A stretch of DNA of 63,341 nucleotides, filler included, from Octopus bimaculoides (taxonomy: Eukaryota): the NCBI RefSeq assembly GCF_001194135.2. It is 4 parts of 4 records of this genome, joined end to end, with 100 filler letters (N's around TTAATTAATTAA, not from the genome) between each part and the next. Parts side by side here need not be neighbours in the genome. Positions count along the whole stretch, not along the records: positions 43,982 to 63,341 come from NW_026349933.1; 3 more parts are not named here. The stretch is one strand, 5' to 3'. Numbering within the stretch: position 1 is the first letter of the stretch; each line of letters begins with the position of its first letter. The translations under genes and the position numbers were made by a program. The notes under the pieces are model-generated. The model was not told the origin of the DNA, did no database searches, and was given only the letters and a program-made list of their open reading frames with translations. Of this stretch, positions 61,901 to 63,341 are shown in pieces.

Positions 61901-63341
61901 CTTCCTCCTCAGTCTCTTGCTCCTATCTCGTTCCTCTCTCTATCTTGTTCCTATCATTTTTGCTCTTCTCTCTGTTGCTCATCTCTCTCAACTGCTCTTA
62001 GTAACGAAAAGTAACGGAAAGTAACGGAAACTAACGGAAAGTAACGGAAACTAACGGAAAGTAACGGAAAGTAACGGAAACTATGGGAAACTAACGGAAA
62101 CAAACGGAAAGTAACGGAAACTAACGGAAAGTAACAGAAAGTAACGGAAACTAACGGAAAGTAATGGAAACTAACGCAAACAAACGGAAAGTAACGGAAA
62201 CTAAAGGAAAGTAACGGAAAGTAACAGAAACTAACGGAAAGTAACGGAAACTAACGAAAACTCACGGAAAGTAACGGAAACTAACGGAAAGAAACGGAAA
62301 CTAACGGAAATTAACAGAAAGTAAGGGAAACTAACGGAAACTAGCAGAAACTAAGGAAAAGTAAGGGAAACTAGCGGAAACTAACGGGAACTAACGGAAA
62401 TAACGGAAACTAACGGAAGGCAACAGAAAGTAACGGAAACTAACGGAAAGTAACGGAAACTAACTGAAAGTAACGGAATCAAACGGAAAGTAACGGGAAC
62501 AAACGGAAAGTAATGCAAACTAACTGAAGGTAACGAAAACTAACGGAAACTAAAGGAAAGTGACGAAAAGTAACGGAAAGTGACGAAAAGTGACGGAAAC
62601 TAACGGAAACTAACTGAAAGTAACGAAAACGAAACTGACGGAGACTAACGGAAAGTGACGGAAACTAACGGAAACTAACGGAAACTAACGTAAAACTAAC
62701 GGAGAGTAACGGAAAGTAACGAAAAGTAACGGAAACTAACATGAAGTAACGGAAACTGACGGAAAGTAACGGAAACTAACGGACACAAACGGAAACTAAG
62801 GAAAAGTAACGGAAACTAACGGAACCTAACGGGAACTAACGGATATAACGGAAACTAACGGAAGGTAACGGAAACTAACGGACACTAACGGAAACTATCG
62901 GAAAGTAACGGAAAATAACGGGAACTAACGGAAAGTAACGGAAACTAACGGAAAGTACCGTAAATTAAAGGAAAGTAACGGAAACTAACAGAACCTAACG
63001 GAAGGTTACGGAAAATAACGGAAACTAACGGGAACTAAATGAAACTAACGTAAGGCAAGGGAAAGTAACGGAAACTAACGGAAAATAAAGGAAACTAACT
63101 CTTTCTCGCCCTCTCTGTCTGTCTGTCCCTGTCTCTGTCTCTGTCTGTCTGTATTTCTTTCACTCTGTCTCCCTCTCGAGAGAGATGGATGTACGAAGGT
63201 TCCAACGTTAATATGTATGCGCCTCTCTCTTGCTCTTCTCTGTTTCTCTCGCTCCTCTCTCTTTCGCTGCGGTCTCTCTCCTCTCTCTTTCGCTGCACTC
63301 TCTCTTTCCCTCTTCTATCTCTCTCCCACTTCTCTCTCTCC
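43982..63341. repeat. Composite macrosatellite: alternating 10-bp AACGGAAA(C/G)T arrays and CT-rich blocks with a conserved linker
   Basis: CT-block starts ((G/C)TAACTCTTT..CGCCC) at 46802, 51633, 53249, 55122, 57221, 58647, 60851 and 63095. CT blocks end in CTCTTACTAACGAAAAGT. Runs off the window end. Confidence 0.92.
48731..50220 (-). repeat. Inverted segment within the macrosatellite
   Basis: TTTCCGTTAG repeats and GA-rich blocks (49090-49300, 50029-50200). Both junctions lie in called sequence. Confidence 0.85.

Noticed and set aside
43992-62024. Long Leu/Ser-rich and Arg/Glu-rich ORFs (up to ~350 aa) in the satellite
   Set aside because: They are translations of (CT)n/(GA)n blocks, open in several frames at once, with no domain signal.

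Overview
AT-rich, repeat-dominated eukaryotic genomic DNA from a gapped draft assembly. The SINE/LINE repertoire looks coleoid cephalopod, probably Octopus (inference from recognition, not a search). I can support no intact host protein-coding gene; the long ORFs come from microsatellites or N-runs. Three identical 100-bp 44N-TTAATTAATTAA-44N spacers (16613, 34055, 43882) are artificial joins, so the window is at least four concatenated pieces. Bases 1-43881 are a mosaic of tRNA-derived SINEs (at least 4 families), decayed non-LTR retrotransposons (R4/Dong-like RLE elements in (TAA)n tracts, an RTE-like fragment, a Penelope-like RT) and Tc1/mariner elements (one full-length dead mariner with perfect 27-bp TIRs, two palindromic derivatives). 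Bases 43982-63341 are a composite macrosatellite: about 1.4-2.2 kb units of a 10-bp AACGGAAA(C/G)T block plus a CT-rich block carrying a conserved ~55-bp linker, with an internal inversion. The most striking signal is five hammerhead-ribozyme-like motifs in repeat termini. Two homologous copies (151-215 minus, 28673-28733 plus) have their strands in a non-circularly permuted, fully pseudoknotted order with compensatory base changes between copies. Another lies directly 3' of a tRNA-like head.
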